A program made the position numbers and the translations under genes. DNA of 64,000 nucleotides. It comes from the human T2T-CHM13v2.0 reference genome, Homo sapiens. The DNA lies in assembly GCF_009914755.1 (NCBI RefSeq), contig NC_060926.1, one strand, 5' to 3'. This document shows positions 1-12,494 of the stretch, piece by piece (the stretch's first letter is position 1; each line of letters opens with the position of its first letter). Below the pieces are notes generated by a model that saw nothing but the letters and a program-made list of their open reading frames with translations, had not been told where the DNA came from and searched no databases.

Positions 1-689
1 ACTTCCCAGTGGTTTTCTGCACAGAGGATGAGGCTTTGAAGTTGAAGTTGGCTGGGGAAGCAAAATTTAGAAAGCTGCATTTTATACCCAGATGTACCTG
101 CCATTAGTGACATAGAAGGTTTGCTTTTCATATTTTGGTGAGAGTTGAAAGCAGATATTTGAAAATAGAGCTCTGTCTCACAATAAAATATGATCACTTG
201 GAAAATGTATTCTGAGTTTTTTGTCATTTAAGTTAAAGAGCATCTTCCTAAACAGAAACATATTCCTAGTGTAAGAATTTTCAGTTATTGCTTTTTATTT
301 TCTTTCTAACTCATTCTTATGCCTTCCTAGAAATATGGGATTACTCATTAAATGACCCCAGTCAGCATTTTTTGAGCACAGTGTCTACATTTGTCTTGAG
401 CTCTTAACAAATCAAGTCTAATTCAGGAAAAATAGTAGCATTTCTGCCTCATTTATGACTGTTTCCTTTGTCTGAAAAATGACCACAGGGACTAGATGTT
501 CACAGGCGCAGGGAGTAGTGGCCAGTCTTTTGCTCAATCTGTTTATAATGGGGTGATGTGGTGGGTGGTGCAGCGTAGAAGGAAGAACAAGTTCTCTGGT
601 GTTCAACAGAGCTTGGTTCAACTCTTGGTTGCATATTGGAGTAGAAGTGTGGTTCTCTGAACGTCTCTGAAGCTATTTCATAACCTTTA

Positions 690-800
690 AACTGGAATTT
701 CTCATATATAAATGGTTATGATGCTGGCGAGGTTTAAAGATATGATGTTTATAATGTACCTAGCATTGTATGGCATATAGTAAATATTGCATAGTAGCTT
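690..800 (+). mobile_element. MIR fragment (3' half, degenerate)
   Basis: tttctcatatataaatgg ... cctagcattgtatggcatatagtaaa resembles the MIR core and 3' tail. Confidence 0.45.
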
Positions 801-1207
801 CTCTTATCATTATCATCATTTTATTAACAATAATAATAATTATTGAGTGAACAGTAAATATTATAAGTTCATAATATTTGGTTCCTACAACTTACAAAAA
901 ATCAGTATAAAGAGGCAGGAGCTATTTCACTCATTTCATCTCAATTATAGTCACCATGGAGTTTCATTGATTCTTAAAAGAATTTTAAAATCACATTACA
1001 ACAGTCAATTCTATCATTCTTTAAATAAATATACAGATTAGATCAAGAGTTCAAAGTTTAGACCAGATGTAATTTTTTAGATTCTAATTAAACATGAGGT
1101 CTGTATTTATGTATGGAGATGTGGGTGTTTATATGTGCAGCACATAATATATACATATATTTTTGAATATATATAAGAGAACAATTTATGGCCTCATAAG
1201 CATACTA

Positions 1208-1579
<372 letters not shown>

Positions 1580-2546
1580 TCATTTACTTTGTAAGCCAAT
1601 TTACTATCTGATGCCAATCAGACTTAATATAATATAAAATATTCTATAGAGACATTAATAAATTTGCACACAATAAACATATATATGTGATTATAAACAT
1701 ATTAATATGTGTTTATTTCAAATGTGAAATTATTTTCAGATGCCCATGTCTTAGGAGAACCCACTGTGGGAAATATAAACACTTGTGCCTGACATGCAGC
1801 CCCAAACACGAGCTTGACTGAAGGCTCTAGAGGGCCGGACACCTCAACTGTGTCACACTTAATTGATCCCAAGCAGCCCATGGTTTGTCAGAACAAGATT
1901 AAGGCCTATAATCCTGAGAGGGAGGATGACTTGAGCCCATTGGACAACTCTGTCCAAGAAGCTGTCACCCTGCTTAGCGTGGCTGGGAAGTGGCTTCATT
2001 TATCAACCTAAAATCTCTTTCTGTAATTCTTGGCCATTTCCTTTTTTTCTCTTCTCGGGGAGACTGGAAGAGTAGGTTGTGACCTTTCTTATACTTAGGC
2101 TCTGCCCAGAAGGAGCCATAAAGATAACCACCAGCTCTTCAAAGGCGTCAGATCCCTGGCAACCGCACAGGGGATTTTCCCAGCACTTGAGCAAAGGGGC
2201 CTGGGGATACTGGTGGTTTACTCCACTGGGGCCACTGCCAGGGCTGCATGTGGTGAGCCACGGCCGGTGCACTGCTTCTGGGGACAACACTGCCCTTCAG
2301 CATGACACTCTGCTGGGGGCCACACAAGGGGCCACAGGGAGGACACAAGTTGACAGTGTTTCTTTTGGGGAAGCAGCTCACACTAAAGAAACCTGTTTCA
2401 GGTGGCTTTGGAAAGTTTTCCAAAGTTCACTTTTGATTTGCAGTGACAGGGGGTGGCGTGCAGGGCGGAATCTAAATATCTCTGAGAACACACTTTGAAG
2501 AAATTTCAGCTTGTAGGTACTTAAAATAACATACTACAGAGTTTAT

Positions 2547-2752
2547 ATAGATATATAAATATATTTATTATATATGTTTATATATGTGTTTATATATAAC
2601 AGTTTGTATATAAACTATTATATATATGTTTATACATATATGTGTGTGTATATTTATGTATGTGTGTGTGTTTACCTACGTTACACATATATAATATATA
2701 CACACATACACATACATATATATGAGTGTGTACATACGTAACCTACATAAAA
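2547..2752. repeat. Compound (TA)n/(TG)n/(CA)n low-complexity tract
   Basis: Alternating purine-pyrimidine runs read directly; flanked by direct repeat tacagagtttat. Confidence 0.9.
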
Positions 2753-2789
2753 TACAGAGTTTATGCCTTGACTACCTTTTTGTATTTGT

Positions 2790-2930
2790 GACCTAATTGA
2801 ATCCTTGCAAAAACCCTGATACAGATATCAAATCCATTTTACAGATGTGGGAACTGAGGATGAGAGCTTAACTAGTTTTTCAAGTGAAAAGCTGGGCTTC
2901 AAACCTGAGCCTTCTAATCTCCGTGTTCTG
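2790..2930 (-). mobile_element. MIR fragment
   Basis: ccattttacagatgtgggaactgagg is the reverse complement of the MIR core. Confidence 0.8.
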
Positions 2931-3055
2931 ATCCCCATGGTAGCCAGTGAAAATATAACTTTAGTTATGGAGAGATTGAGTTTGAAATTATGGACCACAG
3001 CCACATTGCTGCTAATGCTGTTTTGAGTTAGTTGCTTTTCATTGACGATACATCA

Positions 3056-3304
<249 letters not shown>

Positions 3305-3374
3305 CTAAACTTGCTTGCTGATAAGTAGAGCTTTTTATACTCCAGTAGTTATTACAATCATAATAATATAATTA

Positions 3375-3480
3375 TTTATTGAAAAAATATTTATTGTGTA
3401 CCTGCTATGTGCAGGCACAGGGAACAGAGAGTGAAGTAATTTGCAAATGTCCATGTCTTCATGTAGCTTAAATGAAGTGA
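3375..3480 (-). mobile_element. L2 3' end fragment
   Basis: aaatatttattgtgtacctgctatgtgcaggcac is the reverse complement of the L2 3' terminus. Confidence 0.7.
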
Positions 3481-4039
3481 TAAGTGATTAATTGTCAATG
3501 ATCCTGTTTCCCTGAGAAGGATGTTTTGTTGCAGGTAGAGAGAACGTGGCTTGGTTCACTGGGACGTGGACCAGGGACACGTGTTTCCTCTCCCATCCAG
3601 GTGAAGAGCAGTGTAGCTGGTCTCAGGGATGTCTGGAGTGAGCCATCCAGACACTGCAGGCTAGACCGTGCTTTCTTCTCCTCTTCTTGGCCTCTCTTGG
3701 TGAACGTGATCCAGCTGCTCAAATTGTCCTTCTTCATTTTGCTTACTGCTCCCCCTAGGCCCAACAGATCTCAATGTCATTGTCAGACAGGGACTGCATC
3801 TGTCTCTCTCTGGTCCCAGTTTAAATAAGTTGGGGAAGGGCACTGATGGACCCAGATGGGCTGTGTGTTCTTTTCTGGGTCTGCCACAGATGTGCAGCAA
3901 GGCTGAATCTGTGAGAAGCCAGAACTGTCCTGGGAGTATCTGCACCATGCAGTCAGAAGGAGACAGTGGCGTTTCCCTGACGGAGCGGGGCATGATGGGT
4001 AAACCACATGCATCTACTACACAAGGTCATTCCTTTAAT

Positions 4040-4235
4040 ACTTTATCACATGCAATGGGCTTTTATAGATGTCACTCTACAACAACTAACTCCACCAGCT
4101 CTGCAGGACAGAAATTATGATCCTCACTTGACAGTTGGGGAAACTGATGTCACAGAGGTAACACTGGCCAGAAGCCACACAGCTAGTCAATAGCAGAGGC
4201 AGGATTTAGATGCTGATTTTCCAGATTCAAATTCA
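4040..4235 (-). mobile_element. MIR
   Basis: cacttgacagttggggaaactga...cacacagctagt...gcagaggcaggattt matches the MIR core on the minus strand. Confidence 0.75.
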
Positions 4236-4689
4236 TATTTTGGAAGAGACTGAAAGGGCTTCTGAATTTCCAGAGACAGAGTCAATCTATCTTTGTGTAA
4301 TCTTTGTGCTCCATGTTTTCTTGCACGTGGATGCCTTGAACTCTGGTAATTCCAGTATGGCTCTTTGTTAAAAACTTGTTGTATCAATGAGAAACATGGC
4401 TCCCTGGTCAAGCTAGAAAGTTGGTATTTTGTAAGTGTAAGGTAATTTTAGGTGGTATGGGGTAAAAGCATTAACTGGATTTTTCTAAGCTATCCACTTT
4501 ATCACTGTGGGAAATTCTTCACCATCCATCATGGCAGCACATCAAAGCTTTTTGTTTGTTTTCTTACTGACTCTCTTTCTAAAGCAAGGGTAGAATTAGG
4601 ATTCCAGTAACATTTATTTCCTCATCCATCTGCTCATCTATCCACTCATCCATCCAGGCCTTCCTCCACTGACACGTCCATCCATTATG

Positions 4690-4830
4690 CCATCTACTCA
4701 TTCAAAGTCTATTTACCACGTGCTTTATGCCAGGCACCGAGCTAACAATTGAATGAAACAGAGACAATAGAACACAAACTCTTTCTTCACTGGGCCCTCC
4801 GTCAAGGTTGGGAGGCATGCACTTATTAAC
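4690..4830 (-). mobile_element. L2 3' end fragment
   Basis: ctcattcaaagtctatttaccacgtgctttatgccaggcac, preceded by a degenerate (CATC)n tail. Confidence 0.6.
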
Positions 4831-5599
4831 AAATAACTCTAATGCCAAACGCAGCTCCACTGAGGACATCTAGAATTCTTAGAGTCATTAAATAAATATT
4901 CAATGCATAGGAGGTGGCAGAGTGTTTCCAGACCAAGACCTGTCACCTGATTATGATTTGATGTGGCATTAATACATTTAAAGAAATGGTACCAATAGGA
5001 AGATCATGGACATAGAAAATCAGGATTAAGATAAACAAATGTCAGAATCCATCTCACAGTGTCCAAGTGATGGGCACCTAACCCCTCAGCCATTAGGTTA
5101 TTGTGGAGGTTGCCCTTTTGAGGACTAGCATGTCTGACTTCCTGAGTCCACGTGTAATGTCCTCCCCCAATCCTTCTACTTCTCTTCTTTCAAATATAGG
5201 ATCATCAAACAACATGTGTGGAAATAATTTTAATTCTAAGGTACCAGGATGTCAGGATGAGGCAGAGTATATAGTATCTTCAACAGGGTGTTCAAGTAAT
5301 TTAGTGTCCACACATAGGTATCCTCACTTATCGATGACTGGATTTGCATTCTGATTATTTATAACTTGTTGCACTTTTAGTTAATTTGATCCTGCCACTG
5401 AGATTCTTCTGGGAATCTCAACAGATCAGGGTCAAAACTCTGAAGCAGACAATCTTCCATCATGGTATTGTTCTTACAGAGCCCTGCCTGGAACCAGTTG
5501 GCTTATCTAGAAAGCATCTGAGTCTCATTCTCATCTTCATCTCCTCCCCATCCACCTTCTCTTTCCACCCCATAACAATATGGGGGATGCGAGGATGAA

Positions 5600-6050
5600 T
5601 GGAACATCCGAACAAGTGAAGAAGGAGGCACAATCTCTCAATCAGAGGAACTACAAATGGGAAGTAGAATTTGAGCTGAGCCTTAAAAAGGCGAGAATGA
5701 TTTGGATAGGTAGGGAATGTAGGCAACTGCCTTCCAGCCTGGGAGAAGCACATGAACAACTACATAGAGGTCATGGGCAAAGAGTATTCAAAGAAAGGTA
5801 CATGGGGATGTGGTAGAAGCTCAGAAAGTTAGCCCATGAGGATGGAGATGTTGACTGGCTTGATATTGTAGAGATATGCAATGCCTTATAAGGAACTTGG
5901 CTTTTCTCCTAGGAAAATAAAGGTGTTAAGCTGAGAGAATGGTGTGATCAGATTTATGTTTTTGCATTTTTTCCCCAGAAGCAGTTGGAGGGATGGACCG
6001 GGGATTGAGGTAGACAGTACAGTTAGGGGACAGCTGTATCGGTTCAGGAT
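5600..6050 (-). mobile_element. L2 fragment
   Basis: atttgagctgagccttaaa, aggaacttggcttttctcct and ggtgtgatcagatttatgtttt are typical L2 minus-strand motifs. Confidence 0.7.
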
Positions 6051-6254
6051 AATCTGTTTCCCATCTCTGAGGCAGAATTACAGTTTCTAGGACTCTGTGA
6101 TGCCTTTTACACATGAGGTCAGAATTTCTTCTGAATCGTTAAGAGTGTCTGCACTCATAAACTACTTTGTGTGTTTTAATTTATTTCCAATCAAACTGAA
6201 AATGCCAGTAAGCTGTTTCACATGTATCACCAAACTTATGAGAAATTAAACTCA

Positions 6255-6375
6255 GCTCACAATATTTACTGAGCACTGATTGTGCACACAGCATGCTGTG
6301 AGACTCTACCTGGAAGACAAAGAAAAGGCATAAGATGTGGATTTGTTCCCCTTTGGCTTATTTCCCATCTCATGG
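6255..6375 (-). mobile_element. L2 3' end fragment
   Basis: aatatttactgagcactgattgtgc. Confidence 0.55.
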
Positions 6376-7109
6376 GTGGGCAAAATCTATGGCTGATCCT
6401 AGTCCCAGGAGACTCATCTTTCCTGCTGGGCTCTGGGTTGAGTTGACAGGGGTCTTGGCTGTCAGGCATCTTGCGGCTGGGTTCTGGAGTGGAGAAAAGT
6501 AGAGAAAAGGAACTTCTGGGACAGAGACCTTGGGGATGAGATGCTTTCTAGCCCTGGGATTCATTCTTGAGCAAGACCTTTAGTGGAACTAGCATTGAAG
6601 TTCTGACATCCTACTTGGAGTTGTGCCTCAGTAGAACAGTTTCAGAACTGTTGGGGCACAGGCACCCATATAATTATGCCTGATTATCGGATCACAGGCC
6701 GACAGAGATGATGCTGCCATGAGTGTCAGGTTGTACTCCTCTCCTGGAGGTAGAAGGGCTCCCCATGGAGCACAGCTAGCTGCCCAGGCACAGCCAGAGC
6801 AGGTGGGACCTCTCACTGACTCATCCTATAGTAGCAATAGGTGAACAAGTTTCACTTGATTTTACAATCCCCCTGGGTTTTTTCCCTTTCCTGTAACCTG
6901 AGAAATCAGCAGTTCTAGGTGTTATCTGCGGCCTTACAGTTTGAGGCAGCTCTCAGACAGTGGCGAGCTTTGCATCTTATGTGGCTGTGAGATGTTCTGA
7001 GAAGAGAAACTGAGGCCAGGAGATGGGAGGCCTGGGTGAACTGTGGGCTCCACCTGGGGAGATCCTGGGAACAATGACAAGTGTGCAGCCTTTCTCTGTT
7101 ATAAGACAT

Positions 7110-7225
7110 TGTTCATTTAACCTCACAGTTTTTTAGGTGAGGGAACAGAAACTCAGTTAGGATGTTGTGCCTGCTCTGGAAACAGTGGCAGAGCTGGGAC
7201 CAAAACCAAGTCTTCTATGTGCAAT
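7110..7225 (-). mobile_element. MIR fragment
   Basis: tcatttaacctcacag...aggtgagggaacagaaactcag...agtggcagagctggga. Confidence 0.6.
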
Positions 7226-7323
7226 TCCTATGTCCCTTTGTGCCAAAATAGAGAAGTCCCTTGAGCCTAAAAACCCAACAGTATTAGAATTTGTAAACTA
7301 AAGACAATAACATAGTAGATGCT

Positions 7324-7679
7324 TGTTATTAATCTGCTAATAACAAAATACCACGGGTTAGATACTTTAAGCACAGCAATTTATTTTCCACAATTCTGGA
7401 GACCAGAATTGGTTTCTTCTGAGGCTTATCTCCTTGGCTTGTAGATGGTTGTCTTCTTGCTGTGCCGTCACGTGGTCTTCCCTCTGTGTGTGTCTGTGTT
7501 CTAATCTCCTTTTCTTATAAGGATATCAGTCATAATGTGTTAGGGCCCACCTATATGACCTTCTTTTAACTTAATTGCCTCTTTAAAGACCCTATCTTCA
7601 AATACAGTCACATTCTGAGGCTCTGGAGTTAGGACATCCACATATGGATTTTAGGGGAGATATAATTCAGCTCATGACA
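7324..7679 (-). mobile_element. MLT1B solo LTR (ERVL-MaLR)
   Basis: TG...CA ends; 5-bp TSD atgct at 7319-7323 and 7680-7684; matches recalled MLT1B consensus (aatacagtcacattctgagg, ctttaaagaccctatct). Confidence 0.9.
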
Positions 7680-7799
7680 ATGCTTAACACATGTTTATAG
7701 TATTAAAAATATCTACTCACTACAGTTAAGGGAGTTTTGTGAGGCTTGATGGAGACAACTCATTCATTCTTTCAATCACAAAATGCTTACCGAAGATGT

Positions 7800-7980
7800 C
7801 TTCTTTAGATACTTGAGTGCTTTAGATACAGTACTGCATTGAACATTGCAGCAACATGACAGGCTTGTTGTCATTATTTCCATTTCACAGATGAGGAAGA
7901 GGAGCTTTAGGAAAGGATATAAATCTACTCCCAAAGTTGTACACAGAGAACGGTGGAGTTGGGATCGAACTTGCATCTCT
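7800..7980 (-). mobile_element. MIR
   Basis: attatttccatttcacagatgaggaa...cccaaagttgtacacag...gggatcgaac. Confidence 0.75.
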
Positions 7981-7999
7981 GCGGACAACCTCATTGTTA

Positions 8000-9120
8000 G
8001 AAAAAAAGCAAGTGAAAATATTCTGTTTTCAGGATATTCTCTGAAATTCTGTTCCTTTCCCACGTGCCCAGCTTTTGCCTGCACTGAAATTATTAAACTG
8101 ACAAGGGGGGCAGGTGGGTAGAATGCAGATACTATTGCTTTCAGAGAATCCAGCTCCATTGGGCAATCCTTTCTTACTGTCTCAGCCGGGAGAAAGAGCC
8201 CCTAGCCAGAGGGAATCAAATACTTTTCAAATGTCTCATTAAAATAAAAAGGTGATTCTTGCATTGGTCCTGTGATAAAGACTACAAAGCAGCACCATGA
8301 AAACTCCCTGGTTTACCCTTCTGAATAGGCCTCAGCTCCAGCAGCAGAATGAATTAGCGGCCACCCCATTATCTGTAACCCTTAGAGAGCGCAACCCAGG
8401 CTTTGATCTGCCAGTGTCAAGGAAACTGATAAAAACTCGTTCTGTTTCTAAGCTTTCCAGGCCTGAAATTCTCTTTTCCCTTCAGCACGCTATAAATGAC
8501 CCTCTGAAGTGGCTAGGCATTCTTTCACAGTCTTGTTTCCAATCTATTCATAACCACGGTTATCAATTATTATACCAGCTGGAATTTCTGAGGGCCAGGA
8601 GGCTGTCAGGAGCTCTAATTGTGGTTCAGGGATAAAAGCAAAAACACACAAATTTTAACCAATCATAATTAACTTATTCTCCAAGTGCAAGGAAAAAAGA
8701 ACCCCCCCCCCAAAACAAAACAACACAAAACCAAGGCCTATGAATCCCCTCCACTAATCACTCTTGAAAGCAGCCAGGAAGGGGGAGAGGGACTCTTTTA
8801 TTACCATGGTCGCTCCTGATTGGCTCCCAGAGGAGGAGTGGGGCCAACTGGCAACCAGAGAAGTTCTTAAATCATCAGGGCTTTTTTTTTAATCTTAAAA
8901 AACCCTCATTTTTCAAAGTAGCATGATGTTTTCCAAGCTCCTGACAGAGCTTTGAATAAAGAGGCATCAATTTCTCATTGAACCCAAACAACTGACTGAG
9001 TGGCCCAAAATATTTCACTAAAAAGAAGTGCAGTGGCAGCTATCACATTAATAAAGGAGGCGCGTGTGACCTGGAAGGAGGCCCCGAGTCATCCGATCCC
9101 CAGGCGCAAGGTTAGGCAAC
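8000..9120. promoter_or_regulatory. Repeat-free block, candidate enhancer
   Basis: No recognisable repeat; GATA sites at 8273, 8369(-), 8427 and 8560(-); TCF/LEF CTTTGA at 8401 and 8950; several TAAT cores. Confidence 0.35.
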
Positions 9121-9284
9121 AGGTTGAGCTGGGGAAAGCCTTACTTAGCACAGTCCCGGCACTTAGTAGGTGCTCAAGGGGCTAGCTCCTGTCCCCGCCC
9201 TGCTCCCTTCTTAGACTGGCCAACAGCCAGATGTCTTGGAGGCATCTGGCTAGTGGCAACGGCATCTGAATGGAAGGCCCATGA

Positions 9285-9466
9285 TGTCATGGAAAAGGCA
9301 CGGCTTTGGAGTGTGACAGCTCTTCGTTTTTAAGCCTCTCTGAGACTCAGTGTCCTCTCTTACAATGGTGATAGCAGGCCCAATTTGTAGAGTTGCTATG
9401 GGGGCAAGGGATAAAGCTCTTAGCAAAGTGCCTGACATAAGGTGGGTGCTAAGTAAATGTTTGCTG
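9285..9466 (+). mobile_element. MIR (internally deleted)
   Basis: gcacggctttggag...gcctctctgagactcagtgtcctc...tagcaaagtgcctgacataag...gtgctaagtaaatgtttgct. Confidence 0.75.
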
Positions 9467-10084
9467 TGGCTCCCGATGCTGCTTTGGGGATATGTGGTCA
9501 CTTCTGGCACAGGGCTTCAAAGACCACCTCCTCTTTCTATATTGCCTTTCAGCATCTGCACAGAATTCTTCTGCAATCCTTGTTAGGAAAGCAGATCAGA
9601 GGAAGGGTTAGAGTCGTCTTATAGCAAACATGCTGGGGAAGGACATCAAAAGAAGAGACAAAACAGCATTTTCCAGGACAAAGAAAAGAAGGCATTAATG
9701 AAACGATTAAGCAATATCATTCTTTCCATGTAGAGCATCTGGTTACAGAAAACCATATTTTTGCTTTCATCACTGGTATTTAGCACTGCGAAAGCACTGA
9801 AGAAGATCTCACCAGTGTGTATTTATATTGTGTTATGAGATCAAGAATCCAAGTGTATTTGTAACATTTGTTGATAGAATTGCAGCCCAAGGAGCTTGAG
9901 ACTTTGATATATAAAAGATGTGAAGTATTCTCTTGGTAGTTTTTGTTCACAGAAGCAGACATAACCATGTCCTAAAATTTTTTCACAAAGGAGCATTTTC
10001 TTGAAATATTTACATACACGGTAGAAGAGAATATTTTCAAAACATGCTCCTCCTTGGGTCTAAGTTGGAGGATAGATCATCAGG

Positions 10085-10431
10085 ATAATTAGTTTTAGCT
10101 GTCCCAAGAGTCAACCCCCCCCCCCACCCCCAATTGAAATAGCTTAACACAAGAAGAGTTATTCCTCACTCAGCTCACTCAGGTGACATCAGATGAGGGT
10201 GAGCATCCTTACTCCATCTTGTGGCCATGATGTGAGGACTATTCATCCAAGATTTTGACAACCTAGTAAGAGGCATACATTCCTGGGATAGCTTCAGCCA
10301 CAAGTGATATAAATTACTTCCATTCATTCTGACCAAAACTGTGAATATGACCCTATTCTAATCACAAGGGAAACTGGAAAATGTAGGGGAGCACATGAAA
10401 TATTTGCTGAGCAGAAATGGTCTCTGCCATA
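10085..10431 (-). mobile_element. MLT1I/MLT1J-like LTR (old MaLR)
   Basis: Reverse complement starts tatggcagagacc...aaatatttcatgtgctcccctacattttccag, like the MLT1I/J 5' end. Confidence 0.7.
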
Positions 10432-10841
10432 AGAAACATTAGAGATGGTCCCTTGGCTCTGTACCCATGGCATAGGAATGTTCTTAGGAGGGAAGAGAAA
10501 TGAGATAAGGCTGTTGGAATGCAGGTTCCTGAACAGAGTAGCCCACGGCATAGGGTTGCCTCTGCCCCAGGCAGGAGTTTATAATCTCCAAAGCGCATGG
10601 GAATCTGTAGCAGTACCAATGAGTTGATATTTGGGGGCAATGCATGGAATTTTTTGGCACCAGCAATTTTCAGCACGGAGTAAGGATTTCTATGTCAAGC
10701 ATAGATCAAGAAGATCCATCCGTACTCAGGAAAGGGACTCTGGAAAGGGGCTGTCAGGATGTTGATCAGCGGTGAAGGCCCCTGCTCACCAGCCTAGGGC
10801 TCAGGGTTGGAATTCAGCTGTAAGTGGAAACTGATGAGAAA

Positions 10842-10857
10842 TGGCCACCTGCTGGAA
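10842..10857 (-). promoter_or_regulatory. CTCF core motif match
   Basis: Minus strand reads CCAGCAGGTGGC (10844-10855), a 12/12 match to the CCASYAGRKGGC core. Confidence 0.3.
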
Positions 10858-11299
10858 GGCTGGGCAGGCAGAGAGACTAGTTCCATACAATGGGAGTAAG
10901 ATAAGGAGGCTGTGGCCTTAGGGTAATGCAGGTGCCATGGTGATGTTCACCCCAATGAATATCTGCTAAGGGAGTAGAGAATAATTCTGGAGTGCACTGG
11001 AGGGATTTAAGGGAGTCCTATAAAGCCAAAAAGGTCAGAGTGGGCTGAGCCTGCAGGGGGGTAGGTATTTTTAATGGTTTCTGGGAGGGGCTGGGCAGAC
11101 TAGGACAGATAAAATATATGATATGTTCCTATACAGTGATGCCTGAACTGATAATAATTGCTGCTACTTTAAGTGACTTTTGGGTCAGCTTCTCTCTTTC
11201 AAAGCTAATCATCTAAAGGAAGAATGAGATCCTACAAAGGACTCAGTAGGGCAAGTCTGGCAGAGAAGAGACTTATGATAGTAATTGTGAGCCTGGTAC

Positions 11300-11492
11300 A
11301 TGCAGTGCTTTTCATTTTAATCCATGTGCTGATTTGTCCCTCACTGAGTTTATTAGGCAGGCAAGGATTATATTTGTTACTATGATATTAATGAGGAAGC
11401 TGTGATCTTTTGGAAAGCCAAAGTGATCAGCTCATAGATGAGCAGCTAACACATCACTGCTGGAATTCAAACCCAAACCTTCTGATTCTAGT
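11300..11492 (-). mobile_element. MIR (degenerate)
   Basis: aatgaggaagctgtga...gctggaattcaaacccaaaccttctgattctag. Confidence 0.6.
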
Positions 11493-11583
11493 TCTGTGAT
11501 ATTCCTTGCCTGTTAGCAGAAGGAAGCAATGACTGTAAGAGCTGCTGTAGTGGCACCTGCCACTTTTCCTCCTTCACTTTCTC

Positions 11584-11880
11584 CATCATCATTATCAACA
11601 CCCTCATCACCACCCTCAACATTACTATTATCACCATCATCACAACCACCAAACTCACAACCATCAACTCCAACATCACCTCCATCATTACCATCATCAT
11701 CACCATAATCACCATCATCATCACCACCATCACCACCATTATCACCATCATCACCATCAATACCATTATCACCGTCAGCACCATCATCACCATCATTATC
11801 AACGCCATCATCACCATCATGACCATCATCATCATCATCACCATTATCGTCATCATTGCTATCATCATCATCTTCTTCAT
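11584..11880. repeat. Degenerate (CAT/CAC)n trinucleotide repeat, ~300 bp
   Basis: About 99 in-phase triplets dominated by CAT/CAC/TAT/CAA. Confidence 0.95.
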
Positions 11881-12159
11881 CCTAAAGATAATCCCATTGC
11901 TCAGCAATGAGTAATACCTATCCTTTCAGTTTGTTCCTGGTGGCATTGAGTTTGCATTAATTCATTCAAAAATCCTCACTCACTTCCTAACCAATAATTT
12001 TATTCAACAAAGGGTGATAATTATTTGGTGTAAAAAATAATAATCATCATTTCATTTAGCTTCAAATTTTCTCCTTGTACCTTCTCAAGGGGCAGCACAG
12101 AAGACCCAGTTTTATCTGAGAAACCAAGGAAAATGAGTCTAGGAGGGTGAGAATGGTCA

Positions 12160-12325
12160 TTTGGTCATTCAATCTATCAATGAACAGCCACTACTATACC
12201 ATGTAGTGCTCTGTAGTTACCAAAGACAGCACCTACTATACCATGTGCTGGCTTGGGGCTAGATGGTGGCATAATAGAGATAAATAAATTTCATTCCCTG
12301 CTGTTGGGGTCTACAGTCTGGTAAA
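12160..12325 (-). mobile_element. L2 3' end fragment
   Basis: gcacctactataccatgtgctggc...ttcattccctgctgttggggtctacagtctggt. Confidence 0.5.
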
Positions 12326-12376
12326 TGCTACGCTTCATTGGATCTCTGTAGAAGTGAATTCTTGATTCTTCCTTTC

Positions 12377-12494
12377 TAAATTTTATTTTATTTCAACAGT
12401 TTTGGGAGAACCGGTGGTTTTGGTTACAAGTATAAGTTCTTTAGTGGTGATTTCTGAGATTTTGGTGCAAATAACATCAGGAAAAATCTCTTCT
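12377..12494 (-). mobile_element. Short L1PB insertion: 3' end plus an inverted ORF2 scrap
   Basis: ttttatttcaacagttttgggagaaccggtggttttggttaca...ttctttagtggtgatttctgagattttggtgca is the L1PB 3' end reversed; followed by ataacatcaggaaaaatctcttc; flanking ttcttgatt at 12359 and 12491. Confidence 0.8.

Noticed and set aside
1672-1717. AT-rich imperfect hairpin aataaacatatat...atatgtgtttatt
   Set aside because: Low-complexity AT sequence; such pairing is expected by chance.
11488-11907. 139-aa Met/Val-rich ORF (and the His-rich frame on the plus strand)
   Set aside because: A direct translation of the (CAT/CAC)n repeat; stop codons are absent because of composition; no domain or splice context.
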